64,000 nucleotides of DNA from Promethearchaeota archaeon (GCA_048938005.1 JBHLMQ010000003.1:32001-96000); one strand, 5' to 3'; numbered from the stretch's first letter, positions 39,281-50,542 are shown. Program-made: numbers and translations. The notes: a model not told the origin generated them from the letters alone.

Positions 39281-40252
39281 ATGAATATTGAACAAAATAA
39301 AAAGAGAATAAATTTTCTTACTTTTCTAATCTCTTATAAATGTACTAATGAATGTAAGCATTGTGCGATTCCAGGTTCTCCAAATCAAGACAATATTTCA
39401 ATGAAACTGGAGGATGTAAGAAGATACTTAGAAGATGTTACCTCTAATTATATTGTTGATGAAGTTGGTTTTTTTGGAGGAGAGCCTTTACTTCACCTTA
39501 ATTTACTAGTTAGACTCATTGAAGAAGTGAAAAAATTTGATATTCCAAAGATCGGATTACCCACAAATGGATATTGGGGAAAAAATGATTCGATTGCTAA
39601 CAAATATGCCTTAAAGTTAAAAGAAGCAGGTTTGAATACAATTGGTTTTAGTGTTGACACGTTTCATCAAGATTTTATTCCACTCGATGTAGTTAAACGA
39701 GCAATGAAAGCTGCTTATGAAGTTGGAATTGAACAGATATATTCAATAACTCAAAATCTGGGGCCTGAAAATATAAAAAATTCTTTTAATGAACAGAATA
39801 AAAAAATTACTGAAGAAATTTCTAAAGAGTTTGAGTTTTGCCAGGTAATAAATAGTGAATTACAAGTGAGAGGTCGAGCTGCGACACAACTCTCTGAATA
39901 TTTCTCAATGACTACGATACCCTCAGATAAATGTCTTATTTTTAAGCTTCCAATGTTTATGATAGATCCTAATGGATGGGTTTTTCATCAATTATGTCAT
40001 GGCATTTGTATTGGGAATGCCAAGGAAAATTCATTATCGGAGATAATAGGTGAGTTTAACTATCGAAAACATCCAATAATAAGTAAGGTGGTATCTAAGG
40101 GAGGCCCTCAAAATCTTCTTGAAATTGCGATTGAAAAAGGTTATCAACCTCAAAATGGGTATGCGGATAAATGCCACCTTTGTTATTCCGTTAGGAATTT
40201 TCTCCGTCCTTTTTATCCAAATATCCTTCAACCCTCAAATGTATATTTTTAA
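39281..40252 (+). CDS. Radical SAM protein with C-terminal Cys cluster
   Basis: CTNECKHC, GGEP, TNGYW, SVDTFH; C-terminal CHLC. Confidence 0.92.
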   Translation: MNIEQNKKRINFLTFLISYKCTNECKHCAIPGSPNQDNISMKLEDVRRYLEDVTSNYIVDEVGFFGGEPLLHLNLLVRLIEEVKKFDIPKIGLPTNGYWGKNDSIANKYALKLKEAGLNTIGFSVDTFHQDFIPLDVVKRAMKAAYEVGIEQIYSITQNLGPENIKNSFNEQNKKITEEISKEFEFCQVINSELQVRGRAATQLSEYFSMTTIPSDKCLIFKLPMFMIDPNGWVFHQLCHGICIGNAKENSLSEIIGEFNYRKHPIISKVVSKGGPQNLLEIAIEKGYQPQNGYADKCHLCYSVRNFLRPFYPNILQPSNVYF

Positions 40253-40352
40253 ATAATACGATGAAGATATAGGATATCCATCAAAGGAATTTAGTAAGAA
40301 TCTTTAAAAAATAATAGTAAGAATTAAGTTTTATCTATATTTTATTTTAAAT

Positions 40353-40706
40353 ATGGTAGATAAAGAAGATTTAAGACTGGAAATCCCAAGTTATGCATAT
40401 ATCGCTCTAGCAAGACGTGGAATGGAAAAGATTTCTTTAGATCAATGCTTTCTTAAAGACTGTGATAATCAAGACCCAAACTTATTAGAACCTTTAAAAA
40501 AGGAAGAAAGTGAAGAAGAACTTAAATCAATAAAGAAAATTTATATAAAATGCAAGAAATGTAATAGAATTTTTATTCTTAAATTTGAAACACTAAAATA
40601 TGTTGCCAAGTCAACTAAAGATAAAGAAAATGAGCCTCTTTCAATGGGCTTAGTTCATGCTTTAGATGAAAACGGTAAAAATTTAGGGCATATAGGATAT
40701 TTTTAA
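40353..40706 (+). CDS. Small Cys-containing hypothetical protein
   Basis: CFLKDC and CKKC motifs. Confidence 0.7.
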   Translation: MVDKEDLRLEIPSYAYIALARRGMEKISLDQCFLKDCDNQDPNLLEPLKKEESEEELKSIKKIYIKCKKCNRIFILKFETLKYVAKSTKDKENEPLSMGLVHALDENGKNLGHIGYF

Positions 40707-40735
40707 AAATTTAAGTTAATTTTCTTATTTACCTA

Positions 40736-41431
40736 ATGAAATATAATTTTTATTTATTTGATTTGGATGGAACTTTGCTCCATCTTGGCAATATCGGAGC
40801 TTATGTTGATCAGATATTAATTGAAACCTTCATTAGATTAGAAGCTAGTAATCCTCCAAAAAACAATGAAAAGTATAGACTTTGGTCTCCTGAAGAAGAT
40901 TTTTTTGATGTTTTAGAAGAATGGGGTGTTAAAAATCCTCATAATTTTTGGAAGGTTTATGATGAGATAGATTTTAACTGGAGAAAGAAACTAATAGAAA
41001 AAAAACAGGTTTTCTTATATAAGGATGTTTATAATATATTAGAAAAGCTTTATCATCACAAAAATAATAAAAAACTCGCAATAGTTTCAAACACAGCATA
41101 TTACATTGTTGAATTTATCTTGGAGAAATTTAATATCACTAAATTTTTCCATGAGATTTTTAGTTTAGGTTATTATAATAACGATCAAGAATTAGCGAAA
41201 CCGTCTCCTAAAGGTGTTCTCACCATATTGGATAAATTTGAATATAATCCAAAAGAATCAAAAGCTATCTTAGTTGGAGATTCTAAATTTGATATTATTG
41301 CTGCTAAAAAAGCTAACATTTATGCTTGTTTAATAAGAAGGGAAATAAATCCACATAATAAACAATATAAAAAATGGAATATTCAACCAGATTTCGTCAT
41401 AGAAGGATTAAATGAACTACTTTATTTATAA
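40736..41431 (+). CDS. HAD-superfamily phosphatase
   Basis: FDLDGTL, VSN, KPSP, VGDSKFD. Confidence 0.93.
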   Translation: MKYNFYLFDLDGTLLHLGNIGAYVDQILIETFIRLEASNPPKNNEKYRLWSPEEDFFDVLEEWGVKNPHNFWKVYDEIDFNWRKKLIEKKQVFLYKDVYNILEKLYHHKNNKKLAIVSNTAYYIVEFILEKFNITKFFHEIFSLGYYNNDQELAKPSPKGVLTILDKFEYNPKESKAILVGDSKFDIIAAKKANIYACLIRREINPHNKQYKKWNIQPDFVIEGLNELLYL

Positions 41432-41558
41432 TATTAAGAAATTTAAAAATGTTTGACTTCCAACTCAAAATTAATGAAATAATACAAATTGAATGAATAA
41501 AATTAAATAATCAAACTGATTTTTATTTAATATTGAAAATCTTAAGAGAATAGTCCAA

Positions 41559-43286
41559 ATGTCGACAAAATTAGGAGAGGACGATGAATTAAGAAAAAAA
41601 GTGTGGAAAATCATCAATTTAATACAAGCTAATCAATTATTTGTACATTATAAAGATATGAGCATTAAGTACCTAGATGAAAAAAATAGAAAAATAAGTA
41701 CAAAATTATTGCCAGAAATATTATCACTATGCATTCTCAATGCCATAGTTCCCAACTCCGCTATGTTGTTAATTGGAGGTCATGGAGGGGGTAAAACCAC
41801 GCTTGTAAAGCTTTTAGGAAGGATGTTTACATCTAATTCACTTAATGATATTGAAAACTCTATCATAAGAGGCCATCCTCAATTAACTGAAGAGAAACTT
41901 ATTGGAACCTTAAAGCTAGGTAAATTGATGAAAGAAGGTGAGGAAGAAGTAGTATGGAGACAATTTGTTACAAATTTTTGGAAAATTATTGATGAAGTAA
42001 ATCGGTTAACTCCATATGCCCAAGATATTCTATTATCGTTATTAGCAGAGGGAACAGTAAAATATTATGATTCAATAACAACAATTAATAAATATTGCTT
42101 ATTTGCTACTATAAATCCACATGATATAGGGACTTTTGAATTATCTCAACCATTCTTAGATAGATTTGGAATCTCTGTTCCTATTTCAATGCCTGGAAGC
42201 CATGATTTGCAGTTAATCTTAACAGGAAAAGATGAAAAATATAGTGGGTATGATGAATTAATCCAAGTGCCTCAAGTTTTGAGTATAGATGAATTAATGG
42301 AAATACATTTTTATGTTAATAGAATTCCTTTCTCATCTGAAGTTAATAACTATATACATGCTATAATTAGAGAATTTACATTATGCTCGAGGGTTGATAA
42401 AGGAAATACTGAGGATTTAAAACCTAGTACCGGATTATGTTCAGGATGTCATTTTAACACAGCACAAAATATTTGTAATAAGATTGATTCAATTCTAAGT
42501 GTAAGGGTTGCTAAGGATCTATTAAGGTATTCAAAAGCTCTAGTATGGTTATTAGGAATTGATAAGATTGATGTTAATATTGTAAATACCATTGCTCCTT
42601 ATGTAATTTCACATAGAACTGTATATGTTAAAAGGGAATTAGATAAATCACCATATTTTGGAAACAAATATGAATTTACTAGAAATATCTTGAAAAGTGT
42701 CCAACAAAGATTTAAAAATCGTGAAACTTGTTATCAAATTGCTGATAGATTTCGTGAAGGAAGATCCAAAGATAATGATTTAACCGAATTAAAAAAATTC
42801 GAAAAGAATGATTTAATTGTAAAACATGATTTAATTCCATTTGTTAATTCAATTAACAATAAGGAATATCCTCCAATTGCACAACAAATACAAGAAGCAT
42901 CTAAGAAGGGAGATATTTCAAGACTCGCAGAAATTCGGAATGAACTCTTAGAAGAAATCGATTTCCCTAATAGAGGAGATCTAATTGAATGGTGTAATCG
43001 AGAACTATTTAAACAAACAGTTACCGATTATGTTATTAAATACTCTTATTGGAAAGAAGTTTGGGCCGACGTTGCGACTGAATTCTCTAATTTGGATCAA
43101 CCAATAAAAGAAGCATTTAGCCAAAGACAAACTAAACAAATTCGCACAGAAGATATGTTGATTGAAATTAATGTTACGGGAACTAAAGATGATTCATTAG
43201 TAAATATTCAGATTTCAGGAGGATCTGAAGCTTTAAAATTAAGAAATATTCTAGATAATTTAGAATACATACAAAAGGAAGAATAA
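41559..43286 (+). CDS. MoxR-like AAA+ ATPase
   Basis: GGHGGGKTT, IIDEVNR, ATINP, FLDRF. Confidence 0.9.
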   Translation: MSTKLGEDDELRKKVWKIINLIQANQLFVHYKDMSIKYLDEKNRKISTKLLPEILSLCILNAIVPNSAMLLIGGHGGGKTTLVKLLGRMFTSNSLNDIENSIIRGHPQLTEEKLIGTLKLGKLMKEGEEEVVWRQFVTNFWKIIDEVNRLTPYAQDILLSLLAEGTVKYYDSITTINKYCLFATINPHDIGTFELSQPFLDRFGISVPISMPGSHDLQLILTGKDEKYSGYDELIQVPQVLSIDELMEIHFYVNRIPFSSEVNNYIHAIIREFTLCSRVDKGNTEDLKPSTGLCSGCHFNTAQNICNKIDSILSVRVAKDLLRYSKALVWLLGIDKIDVNIVNTIAPYVISHRTVYVKRELDKSPYFGNKYEFTRNILKSVQQRFKNRETCYQIADRFREGRSKDNDLTELKKFEKNDLIVKHDLIPFVNSINNKEYPPIAQQIQEASKKGDISRLAEIRNELLEEIDFPNRGDLIEWCNRELFKQTVTDYVIKYSYWKEVWADVATEFSNLDQPIKEAFSQRQTKQIRTEDMLIEINVTGTKDDSLVNIQISGGSEALKLRNILDNLEYIQKEE

Positions 43287-43303
43287 AAGAATCTAATTGT
43301 AAA

Positions 43304-45025
43304 ATGATTCAAATAAGAAAAAAGAGAAGACGGAAGGGTATTAAACAAGACATAACAGAAAAGGAAAGAAAATTAATAGAATTAGCTAAGATTGCATGGG
43401 GTAAAACATTAAAGGAATTCTATTATCCCCCTTTAAACGACCCTAATTATGTGTTTGATTATACGCATTTAGAGGGTTTTTATATTGATCCTGATCATCG
43501 ATGGCAAATAACAATGAACTTAGCTAATACCCCAATATTTAAAGACAAGAATGAATATATTGACTATTTTCATATTATATCACTTCATGAAGTCTCTCAT
43601 TATCAAATAATTCCTTATGATGGTCTGATCAATGCAAAGTTACTTAGAGCTGCGATTATGAATGTTAATGAGAATTATGCCCCTATTATTGTAAACATTT
43701 TCGCTGATCTCATTATAGACACAAAATTATTTCAAAAATATCCAAATCTTATTATGTGGGAAATGAGGGTAACCTATCAACATATTAAAAATAAAGGGCC
43801 AATTAGCAACTTAACAAGGTTTTTATTTCGAGCTTATGAAAAAATCTGGAATAAAGATGTCTTAAATGATGAGACATTAAAGGAAATGGATTCCTTAGCA
43901 GAAAGAGTTACCAAAATAATTTTAAAAGATTTTGAGGACGAGTCGACTTGGGAAAAAAAAGTAGCTCTAGTTGCAAAATATTTAAATAATTTAATACAAG
44001 ATACCTTTACGTTATTAGGAACTAGAAGTCTTTTGGATAAAAATAAAGAAAAGAGAAAAAGCCCTGGAGGCGCTTTTATAGAAGTTCCCAAAGATGTTTT
44101 AGAAGTAATGGATAATCCTTTAGAGAATAAAAACTCAGATAAATTAAAAGAAGGTAATGAAGAGGAATTAAGACAAAAATCAGAAGAATTTGCAAAAGAT
44201 ATTCCATACTCTGAATTTGGAGGACCAGCACGCCAAGCCGGAATATTAGTTGATGCTAGTGCATTGGCTACATGGTATAGAGGATTGGCAAAAAATTTAA
44301 TTGAAATAAAAATATTTGCAGAAAAACCTGGAGGGCAATTACCAGTTTATCCGGAGATGTGGCGTATTGGAGATCGAATAGAAGAGTTAGATATTGTTCA
44401 GAGTTTATTAAATAGCCCGGTAATTATACCCAATATTACTACAAGAAAATGGGCATTTAAAGAAGGTCGAGGGCATCTAGTTGAAAAACAGATACCAGAT
44501 CTATTAATTGTTTTAGATTCTTCGGGATCTATGAATTGGAATTATACATCGAGATCTGCCAGGGGAAAAGGTCCGTATCACACAGCTTTAGTAGCTGCAT
44601 TTGCATCTTTACATTATGCTGCTAGAAAAGGTGCTAAATTCAGTGTAATCAATTTTTCCAATAGAGCAGACATATGTCAATGGACCTCTGATTATATTAA
44701 AGCTGAAAAAGTCTTATTGAGATATCAAGGAGGAGGAACATTTTTGCCAATAAAAGAAATTGCAAATCAATGTGAAAAAGCAGAGAGAAATACTCTGGTA
44801 TTTATTATCACTGATTTTGGTATATATAATTGGAGTAAAGCTAAAAAATTGATGATAAATCTTGCTCAAAGCGGTCATAAAATCATAGGTTTTTTTATAG
44901 GATCACCAAGAATACCAAAAGAAAAATTTAAGAACTTACTTAATAAAGTTAAATTTTACGGGATTAGGAATCCTAAAGATCTAATTAATCTAGTAATAAA
45001 AGAAGTTCATAATTATTATACATAA
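43304..45025 (+). CDS. HExxH metallopeptidase-like domain + VWA domain protein
   Basis: LHEVSH..NIFADLIID; LDSSGSM MIDAS, GGT, IITD. Confidence 0.88.
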   Translation: MIQIRKKRRRKGIKQDITEKERKLIELAKIAWGKTLKEFYYPPLNDPNYVFDYTHLEGFYIDPDHRWQITMNLANTPIFKDKNEYIDYFHIISLHEVSHYQIIPYDGLINAKLLRAAIMNVNENYAPIIVNIFADLIIDTKLFQKYPNLIMWEMRVTYQHIKNKGPISNLTRFLFRAYEKIWNKDVLNDETLKEMDSLAERVTKIILKDFEDESTWEKKVALVAKYLNNLIQDTFTLLGTRSLLDKNKEKRKSPGGAFIEVPKDVLEVMDNPLENKNSDKLKEGNEEELRQKSEEFAKDIPYSEFGGPARQAGILVDASALATWYRGLAKNLIEIKIFAEKPGGQLPVYPEMWRIGDRIEELDIVQSLLNSPVIIPNITTRKWAFKEGRGHLVEKQIPDLLIVLDSSGSMNWNYTSRSARGKGPYHTALVAAFASLHYAARKGAKFSVINFSNRADICQWTSDYIKAEKVLLRYQGGGTFLPIKEIANQCEKAERNTLVFIITDFGIYNWSKAKKLMINLAQSGHKIIGFFIGSPRIPKEKFKNLLNKVKFYGIRNPKDLINLVIKEVHNYYT

Positions 45026-45080
45026 AAAATATATCGATACTTCAAAAATATAGTATTTAAATTTAAAAGATAAAAATATC

Positions 45081-46073
45081 TTGTCTTTATTAGATTATAA
45101 ATCGCTAATAAAGAATAATATTATTATGGCTAATTTTTGTATAAACTGTGGGAAACCTATAAACCCTAAATGGAAGTTTTGTCCATTTTGCTCTCATCAT
45201 GTTTATCAAGCACCAGAAGATATTTCTCAAATACCATTCGAAAAGCCAAGATTTGAGGCTTATCAGGCTGTAGATACCTACTCATCAGAACCAAGCACAT
45301 TTGAAAAAGAAAGGAAAAAAAAAAAGAGATTAACAAAACTTCAAAAAAGAGCTATAATTATAGGGGTACCTATAATAGTTGCTGCGATTATTATACCTAT
45401 TGCTAGTATCGCAATATATCAATATCTTTTTCCACAAAAAACAATTCATTTTTTCGTAGATAATGGAAATTATTCTACATCTTACACGGTTACAACTACT
45501 CGAGCTACTTTAGAATATTTTGATGATAAAACGCATCCTTCTCATACTTACTATGATCCAGATGATGTAGTATCGGTTATTGAATCCTATTGCACCCCCA
45601 ATGACTCAAGAATTATTCAAATTGCAAATGGAATTCGTTCAAAATGTATTGATCCATATGATTTCGAAGAAATTGTAAACGGTTTGTTAAGTTTTACCCA
45701 AGCTATTGGATATAAAGAAGAGATTTATGATTTAGCTCAATATCCAATGGAAACTATTTTCAACCAGGGAGATTGCGAAGATCTTTCTATTTTATTTGGC
45801 TCATTAGTAGTTTCCTTAGGATTTGAAGCAATTATCTGCGTTATAAATTACTTTGATGAAAGTGAAGGTGAATGGTTTGGTCATGCAAGTGTTGGTGTAT
45901 ATTTAAATTTTACTCCCACACAGCATACGAGTTATCCTCCTAGTCATTCTTTTTTAGTAAATAGTAAGGATTATTGGATTTGTGAAACTACATACCAAGG
46001 TTGGATGATAGGACAATTACCTACATCTAATCCGAGTTATTATGAAATGCTAGCTTATGAATTCATCAACTAA
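45081..46073 (+). CDS. Zinc ribbon - TM - transglutaminase-like protein
   Basis: FCINCG..FCPFC; TM; GDCEDLS, GHASVGV, CETT; true start may be the ATG near 45126. Confidence 0.82.
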   Translation: MSLLDYKSLIKNNIIMANFCINCGKPINPKWKFCPFCSHHVYQAPEDISQIPFEKPRFEAYQAVDTYSSEPSTFEKERKKKKRLTKLQKRAIIIGVPIIVAAIIIPIASIAIYQYLFPQKTIHFFVDNGNYSTSYTVTTTRATLEYFDDKTHPSHTYYDPDDVVSVIESYCTPNDSRIIQIANGIRSKCIDPYDFEEIVNGLLSFTQAIGYKEEIYDLAQYPMETIFNQGDCEDLSILFGSLVVSLGFEAIICVINYFDESEGEWFGHASVGVYLNFTPTQHTSYPPSHSFLVNSKDYWICETTYQGWMIGQLPTSNPSYYEMLAYEFIN

Positions 46074-46078
46074 TACTT

Positions 46079-46579
46079 TCATTCCTTATTAATTTCTCGT
46101 AAATAAAGCTTCATAAAATAGCGTTGACTTTGGCAATAAAGAAGCTTATCCTTATATGTTAAATGCCTACATTTTTGTAATACATTCGAAATATCTGTTA
46201 GAAGTTTAAAATTATCATATTTTGTCTTTTGTGGTATTATTTCTACTTGTTTGTCAATGCTATTATTAATAGCTTTCTTTTCATAGAATAAATCTTTAAG
46301 ATTTAGAACTGGTTCCGATTCTTTTACTTCTGAATCCTTCATTATTTTTACTCTTTCCTCAGGAATCCTTAATTTATTATTGGTAGAAATTTTATAGGTG
46401 TGTTTAGAATTCTCATTTATTTCATTCTTAATTTCTTCATAAAAAAATTCAGTGCAAATCCCTTTATGCCGATATCTACAATTTATGCAAGCACGCGAAC
46501 CTCGATCAGACTGGATTTTACAAACATTATAAGGTTTTTTAAGAATATCCTCCGATTCATTTAAATTTGAACTCATCAT
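46079..46579 (-). CDS. Hypothetical protein with N-terminal Cys cluster
   Basis: C..ACINC..C; 166-aa ORF. Confidence 0.55.
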   Translation of the reverse strand: MMSSNLNESEDILKKPYNVCKIQSDRGSRACINCRYRHKGICTEFFYEEIKNEINENSKHTYKISTNNKLRIPEERVKIMKDSEVKESEPVLNLKDLFYEKKAINNSIDKQVEIIPQKTKYDNFKLLTDISNVLQKCRHLTYKDKLLYCQSQRYFMKLYLREINKE

Positions 46580-46818
46580 TTTCTTGGTTATTACGTATTA
46601 TTCAATAATTTTTTCTTGTAATTCTCTTAGACTTCTCCGATAATAGCAGAGAAATATCCACATATATATTAAAAGAATTTAATTTAATCTTTTGAACATA
46701 AATGATATCTAGGTAATATCCTCAATTATTTGAAATTATTTTGAAATTTGAAAAAAAATAATAAAATTTTCTTTTAATTATAAAATTATTAAATTAAGGA
46801 AAAATATGGAGATATTAA

Positions 46819-47928
46819 ATGAAAGCAGAGGAAATAAGAATATATAGAAAATTGCAAGAACATCTTGATAAATTTCCGATTGGTTTTCCTGCTACAAAAT
46901 CTGGAGTAGAATTAAAATTATTGCAATACCTTTTTACTCCCGAAGAGGCAAAGGTTGCTACTAAACTTAATTTCGCTTTTGAACCCCTAAATATGATATA
47001 TGAACGGGTAAACGATCCTAATTTGTCAATTGAAGAATTAGAAAAATTATTAGAAAATAGCGTAAAGAAGGGGGCTATTCATTATAAAAAAAAAGGAGAT
47101 AAGAAACTTTACGCAAATGCAATGCTGATTATTGGTATTTTTGAGTATCAAGTAAACAGACTTACAATGGAGTTTATGGATCTTATGAAGCAATATGGAC
47201 AAGAAGTGTTTGATGTTGAGCTATTTCGAACCAAAATATCTCAGACTCGCGTAGTACCGGTGGAGAAAAGCATAACCCACGAGAATTTTGTAGCCACTTA
47301 TAATGATGTAAGGAGCCTAATTGAAAATGCAGAAAAACCTATTGCTGTGGCCAAATGTGTGTGTCGCCAAAAACAAGATGTTCGAAGAGAAAGAGATCCA
47401 TGTAAACTTACCGATAGATATGAGACATGTATAGGATTTGGACATATGGCACAGATGTACATCGACCAAGGTTGGGCTCGTGAAATAACTAAGGAGGACG
47501 CTCTAAAAATTTTAGATAAAAATGAAGAAACAGGATTAGTGCTACAGTCTGGTAATGCTCAACGTCCAAACTTTATATGTAGTTGTTGTGGATGTTGCTG
47601 CGGATTATTAAGAGATTTAAAAAAGATGAACAATCCAGCAAGACTTATGAAAACTAATTATTACATTGAGATTGATTCTGATTTATGTGTTGGGTGTGGA
47701 ATATGTATAGAACGATGTCAAATGGATGCTTTAACTCTTGTTGACGACATCTCAACTGTGAATCGAAAAAAATGTTTGGGTTGCGGCCTTTGCGTTGTAA
47801 CTTGTTCTTCAGGAGCAATCAAGTTAAAGAACAATGAGAACGTAACATCTCCACCTGAGACAACTGATGATTTGAACACAGTGATCCTAAATAAAAAAAA
47901 TGAATTAATAGAGAAATATACTAAATAA
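46819..47928 (+). CDS. Fe-S protein with C-terminal 2[4Fe-4S] ferredoxin domain
   Basis: CVCR, ICSCCGCCCG, CVGCGICIERC, CLGCGLCVVTC. Confidence 0.9.
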   Translation: MKAEEIRIYRKLQEHLDKFPIGFPATKSGVELKLLQYLFTPEEAKVATKLNFAFEPLNMIYERVNDPNLSIEELEKLLENSVKKGAIHYKKKGDKKLYANAMLIIGIFEYQVNRLTMEFMDLMKQYGQEVFDVELFRTKISQTRVVPVEKSITHENFVATYNDVRSLIENAEKPIAVAKCVCRQKQDVRRERDPCKLTDRYETCIGFGHMAQMYIDQGWAREITKEDALKILDKNEETGLVLQSGNAQRPNFICSCCGCCCGLLRDLKKMNNPARLMKTNYYIEIDSDLCVGCGICIERCQMDALTLVDDISTVNRKKCLGCGLCVVTCSSGAIKLKNNENVTSPPETTDDLNTVILNKKNELIEKYTK

Positions 47929-48002
47929 AAAAGTTAATTAATTTTACCCCAAATAATTTTTGGGTGCATCATTTTAGTCTAATTTTTATTATTCTTAAGG
48001 AA

Positions 48003-48533
48003 TTAGAGTACAGCAAGTAAACTATCAATATCAAGCCAACCTTTTAATGCATGAATTATATTTCCTCGCTCATTTACAACGAATTGCCCGGGTCCTTGTT
48101 TTTCCCACCCTTCATATTTCCCATGCTCAATACCTAATTTGCTGGCCTCTTTCAATTTCGACCGAACTTGAGCAACTGCTTCAGAAGTCATTATTCCAAG
48201 CCCATATTCCTGATATAATTCATCCTTTGAACTTGGAATAACCGGAAAATCAATATTTTCCTTTTCTATATATTCTTTTGCTACTTCTTCGCCTGATTGA
48301 GTGATATATAAAATTTTAGCTCCTTTTTCCTCAATTTCATTTTTGCGTGCCAAAATGTTTTTTAGATCTAATTGGCATATATTGCATCCAAAATATCTTG
48401 AAAAAATTAAGACAATTTTCTGAGCTACAATTAATTCTACTAAGTCAATCGTGCCTGCGTTATAGGATTCTAATTTAAATAATGGGGCTTTATCTCCTTC
48501 TTTTAAATCTTTATTTCCCATAATATCCCACAT
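48003..48533 (-). CDS. Peroxiredoxin-like AhpC/TSA family protein
   Basis: GDKAPLF, FSRYFGCNIC, QGPGQFVV. Confidence 0.88.
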   Translation of the reverse strand: MWDIMGNKDLKEGDKAPLFKLESYNAGTIDLVELIVAQKIVLIFSRYFGCNICQLDLKNILARKNEIEEKGAKILYITQSGEEVAKEYIEKENIDFPVIPSSKDELYQEYGLGIMTSEAVAQVRSKLKEASKLGIEHGKYEGWEKQGPGQFVVNERGNIIHALKGWLDIDSLLAVL

Positions 48534-48706
48534 TTCTTTAATATATATTTTTCAAATTCTTGCTTTCATAAAAGATTTACTGAAGTTTCCTGTCAGTTAC
48601 TTATTCTTTAAGATGAATTTTTAAAATTAAAATAAATAAAAATGAAAACTTAAAAATTCCAAAATAGATGTTACTACATTATTAAGCTAAAAAGAGGGAC
48701 ACATAT

Positions 48707-50542
48707 TTGAAAGGATTTGCAGGAAAACTTTTGGCAATATATCTAAATAATAATGACATTAAAGAGGAACCTTTGGATGAGGAAATTGCACAAAATTTCT
48801 TAGGTGGTTCAGGTTATTGCTGTAAATATTTATATAATAAGATAGATAAAGACACTAACCCTTTATCTCCAGAAAATATTCTTATGTTCATGACAGGTCC
48901 ATTATGTGGATCCAGCGCTCCCTCGAGTGGTAGGTTTGTCGTGTGTGCTAAGTCTCCTTTAACAGGAATCTGGGGAGAATCAAACTGTGGAGGTTTTTTC
49001 GGTCCTGAATTGAAAAAGGTAGGATATGATGGAATTATAATAAAGGGGGCTTCAAATACTCCGGTATATATAGAAATCACTGAAAGTGGTGTTAAAATCA
49101 AGGATGGTACAATATTATGGGGAAAAGGAATCTTTGAGACTTCAAAGATATTAAAAGAAAATTTAGGGCTAAAGTTTGCTAGAGTTGCCTGTATTGGGCC
49201 AGCAGGAGAAAATCTTGTAAAATACGCTACAATAGCATCAGAAGAAAGAGCAGCAGGTAGGACCGGTATGGGTGCAGTGATGGGTTCAAAAAAACTAAAA
49301 GCTATTGTTGTGAGAGGTGATAAAATGATATATACTCCAGCTAATCCAGAAAAATATAAAGAATCTATAAAAAAAGCCAGAAAGCATATAAAGAACTCAT
49401 TTTTCACTCAGCTATTTGGTATGTTTGGTACTTCTGGATTTGTAGATTCTTGCAATGTTTATGGAGATTTGCCTACAAAGTATTGGACTTTAGGTAAATA
49501 TGACAAGGCAGATAAAATCTCAGGAACAGTAACATATGAAAAGTTTTACACGAGAAAAAATCCTTGCTTTTCATGTCCTATTGGTTGTGCCCGTAAAATC
49601 ATGATAAAGGAAGGAAATTACAAAACAGATCATGAAATTGAAGCAGCAGAATTTGAAACTGTTGTTGGTTTCGGTTCCTTGATTTTAAATCACAACTTAG
49701 AATCGATTCAAAAAGCAAATTATATGTGTAATGATCTGGGGATTGATACGATTAGTGGAAGTAGTACTATTGCTTTTATCTATTATCTTTTTGATAATCA
49801 GAAAATTAAATCGGAGGATATTGATGGTTTGGTACCAGAGTGGGGCCGTATAGATCCAGCTCTTGACATGATTAAAAAAATTGCTTATAGAGATGGAATT
49901 GGAAACTTACTAGCAGAAGGTTCCGATGCGGTTGGCAAAAAGTTTAATATCCCACAGGATGAAATTGCAACTGTGTATGGAATGGAAGTTCCATATCATG
50001 ATTTACGACATATATATGGCATGGCTGTAGCATACGCTTTAGGTACTCCAAGAGGCCCATGTCACGAATCATGCGATTTGTTCGTTGTATTGATGGGCTC
50101 TCAACTTGAAAGTTTTGGAATCAAATTGATAGATTGGCATCAAGACGATAAAGAAATGGCAATAGTTAGTGCCTTGGTACAAGATTATAGAGCAATTTTT
50201 AATTCTATGATAATGTGTAGTATTGCTGATCCTTTATCTGAACAAATAATAGATATACTTAACGCAGCAATAGGATTAGACTTTAATATGGCTGAATTTA
50301 AAAAATTAGGAGAAAGAATTTATATGATTAAACGCATGTTCAATCTTAAAATGGGCATTACTCCTGAAGATGATAAATTACCACGAATATTATTAAATCC
50401 TGTTAATGAGGGTGGTTCAGCAGGTAATACCCCAAATTTTGAAAAATTAAAAAAGGCTTATTACAAATATAGAACCTTTGATCTCAAAAACGGTTATCCA
50501 AATCAAGAAAAATTAAAATTTCTGGGATTGGATAATCTTTAA
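48707..50542 (+). CDS. aor: Tungsten-type aldehyde:ferredoxin oxidoreductase family
   Basis: KSPLTG, GRTGMGAVMGSKKLKA, CFSCPIGC, DLGIDTIS, DDKLP. Confidence 0.93.
   Translation: MKGFAGKLLAIYLNNNDIKEEPLDEEIAQNFLGGSGYCCKYLYNKIDKDTNPLSPENILMFMTGPLCGSSAPSSGRFVVCAKSPLTGIWGESNCGGFFGPELKKVGYDGIIIKGASNTPVYIEITESGVKIKDGTILWGKGIFETSKILKENLGLKFARVACIGPAGENLVKYATIASEERAAGRTGMGAVMGSKKLKAIVVRGDKMIYTPANPEKYKESIKKARKHIKNSFFTQLFGMFGTSGFVDSCNVYGDLPTKYWTLGKYDKADKISGTVTYEKFYTRKNPCFSCPIGCARKIMIKEGNYKTDHEIEAAEFETVVGFGSLILNHNLESIQKANYMCNDLGIDTISGSSTIAFIYYLFDNQKIKSEDIDGLVPEWGRIDPALDMIKKIAYRDGIGNLLAEGSDAVGKKFNIPQDEIATVYGMEVPYHDLRHIYGMAVAYALGTPRGPCHESCDLFVVLMGSQLESFGIKLIDWHQDDKEMAIVSALVQDYRAIFNSMIMCSIADPLSEQIIDILNAAIGLDFNMAEFKKLGERIYMIKRMFNLKMGITPEDDKLPRILLNPVNEGGSAGNTPNFEKLKKAYYKYRTFDLKNGYPNQEKLKFLGLDNL

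Noticed and set aside
48003-48533. Selenoprotein recoding in the peroxiredoxin-like gene or elsewhere
   Set aside because: The CxxC is encoded by Cys codons, and I found no gene with a convincing in-frame TGA read-through
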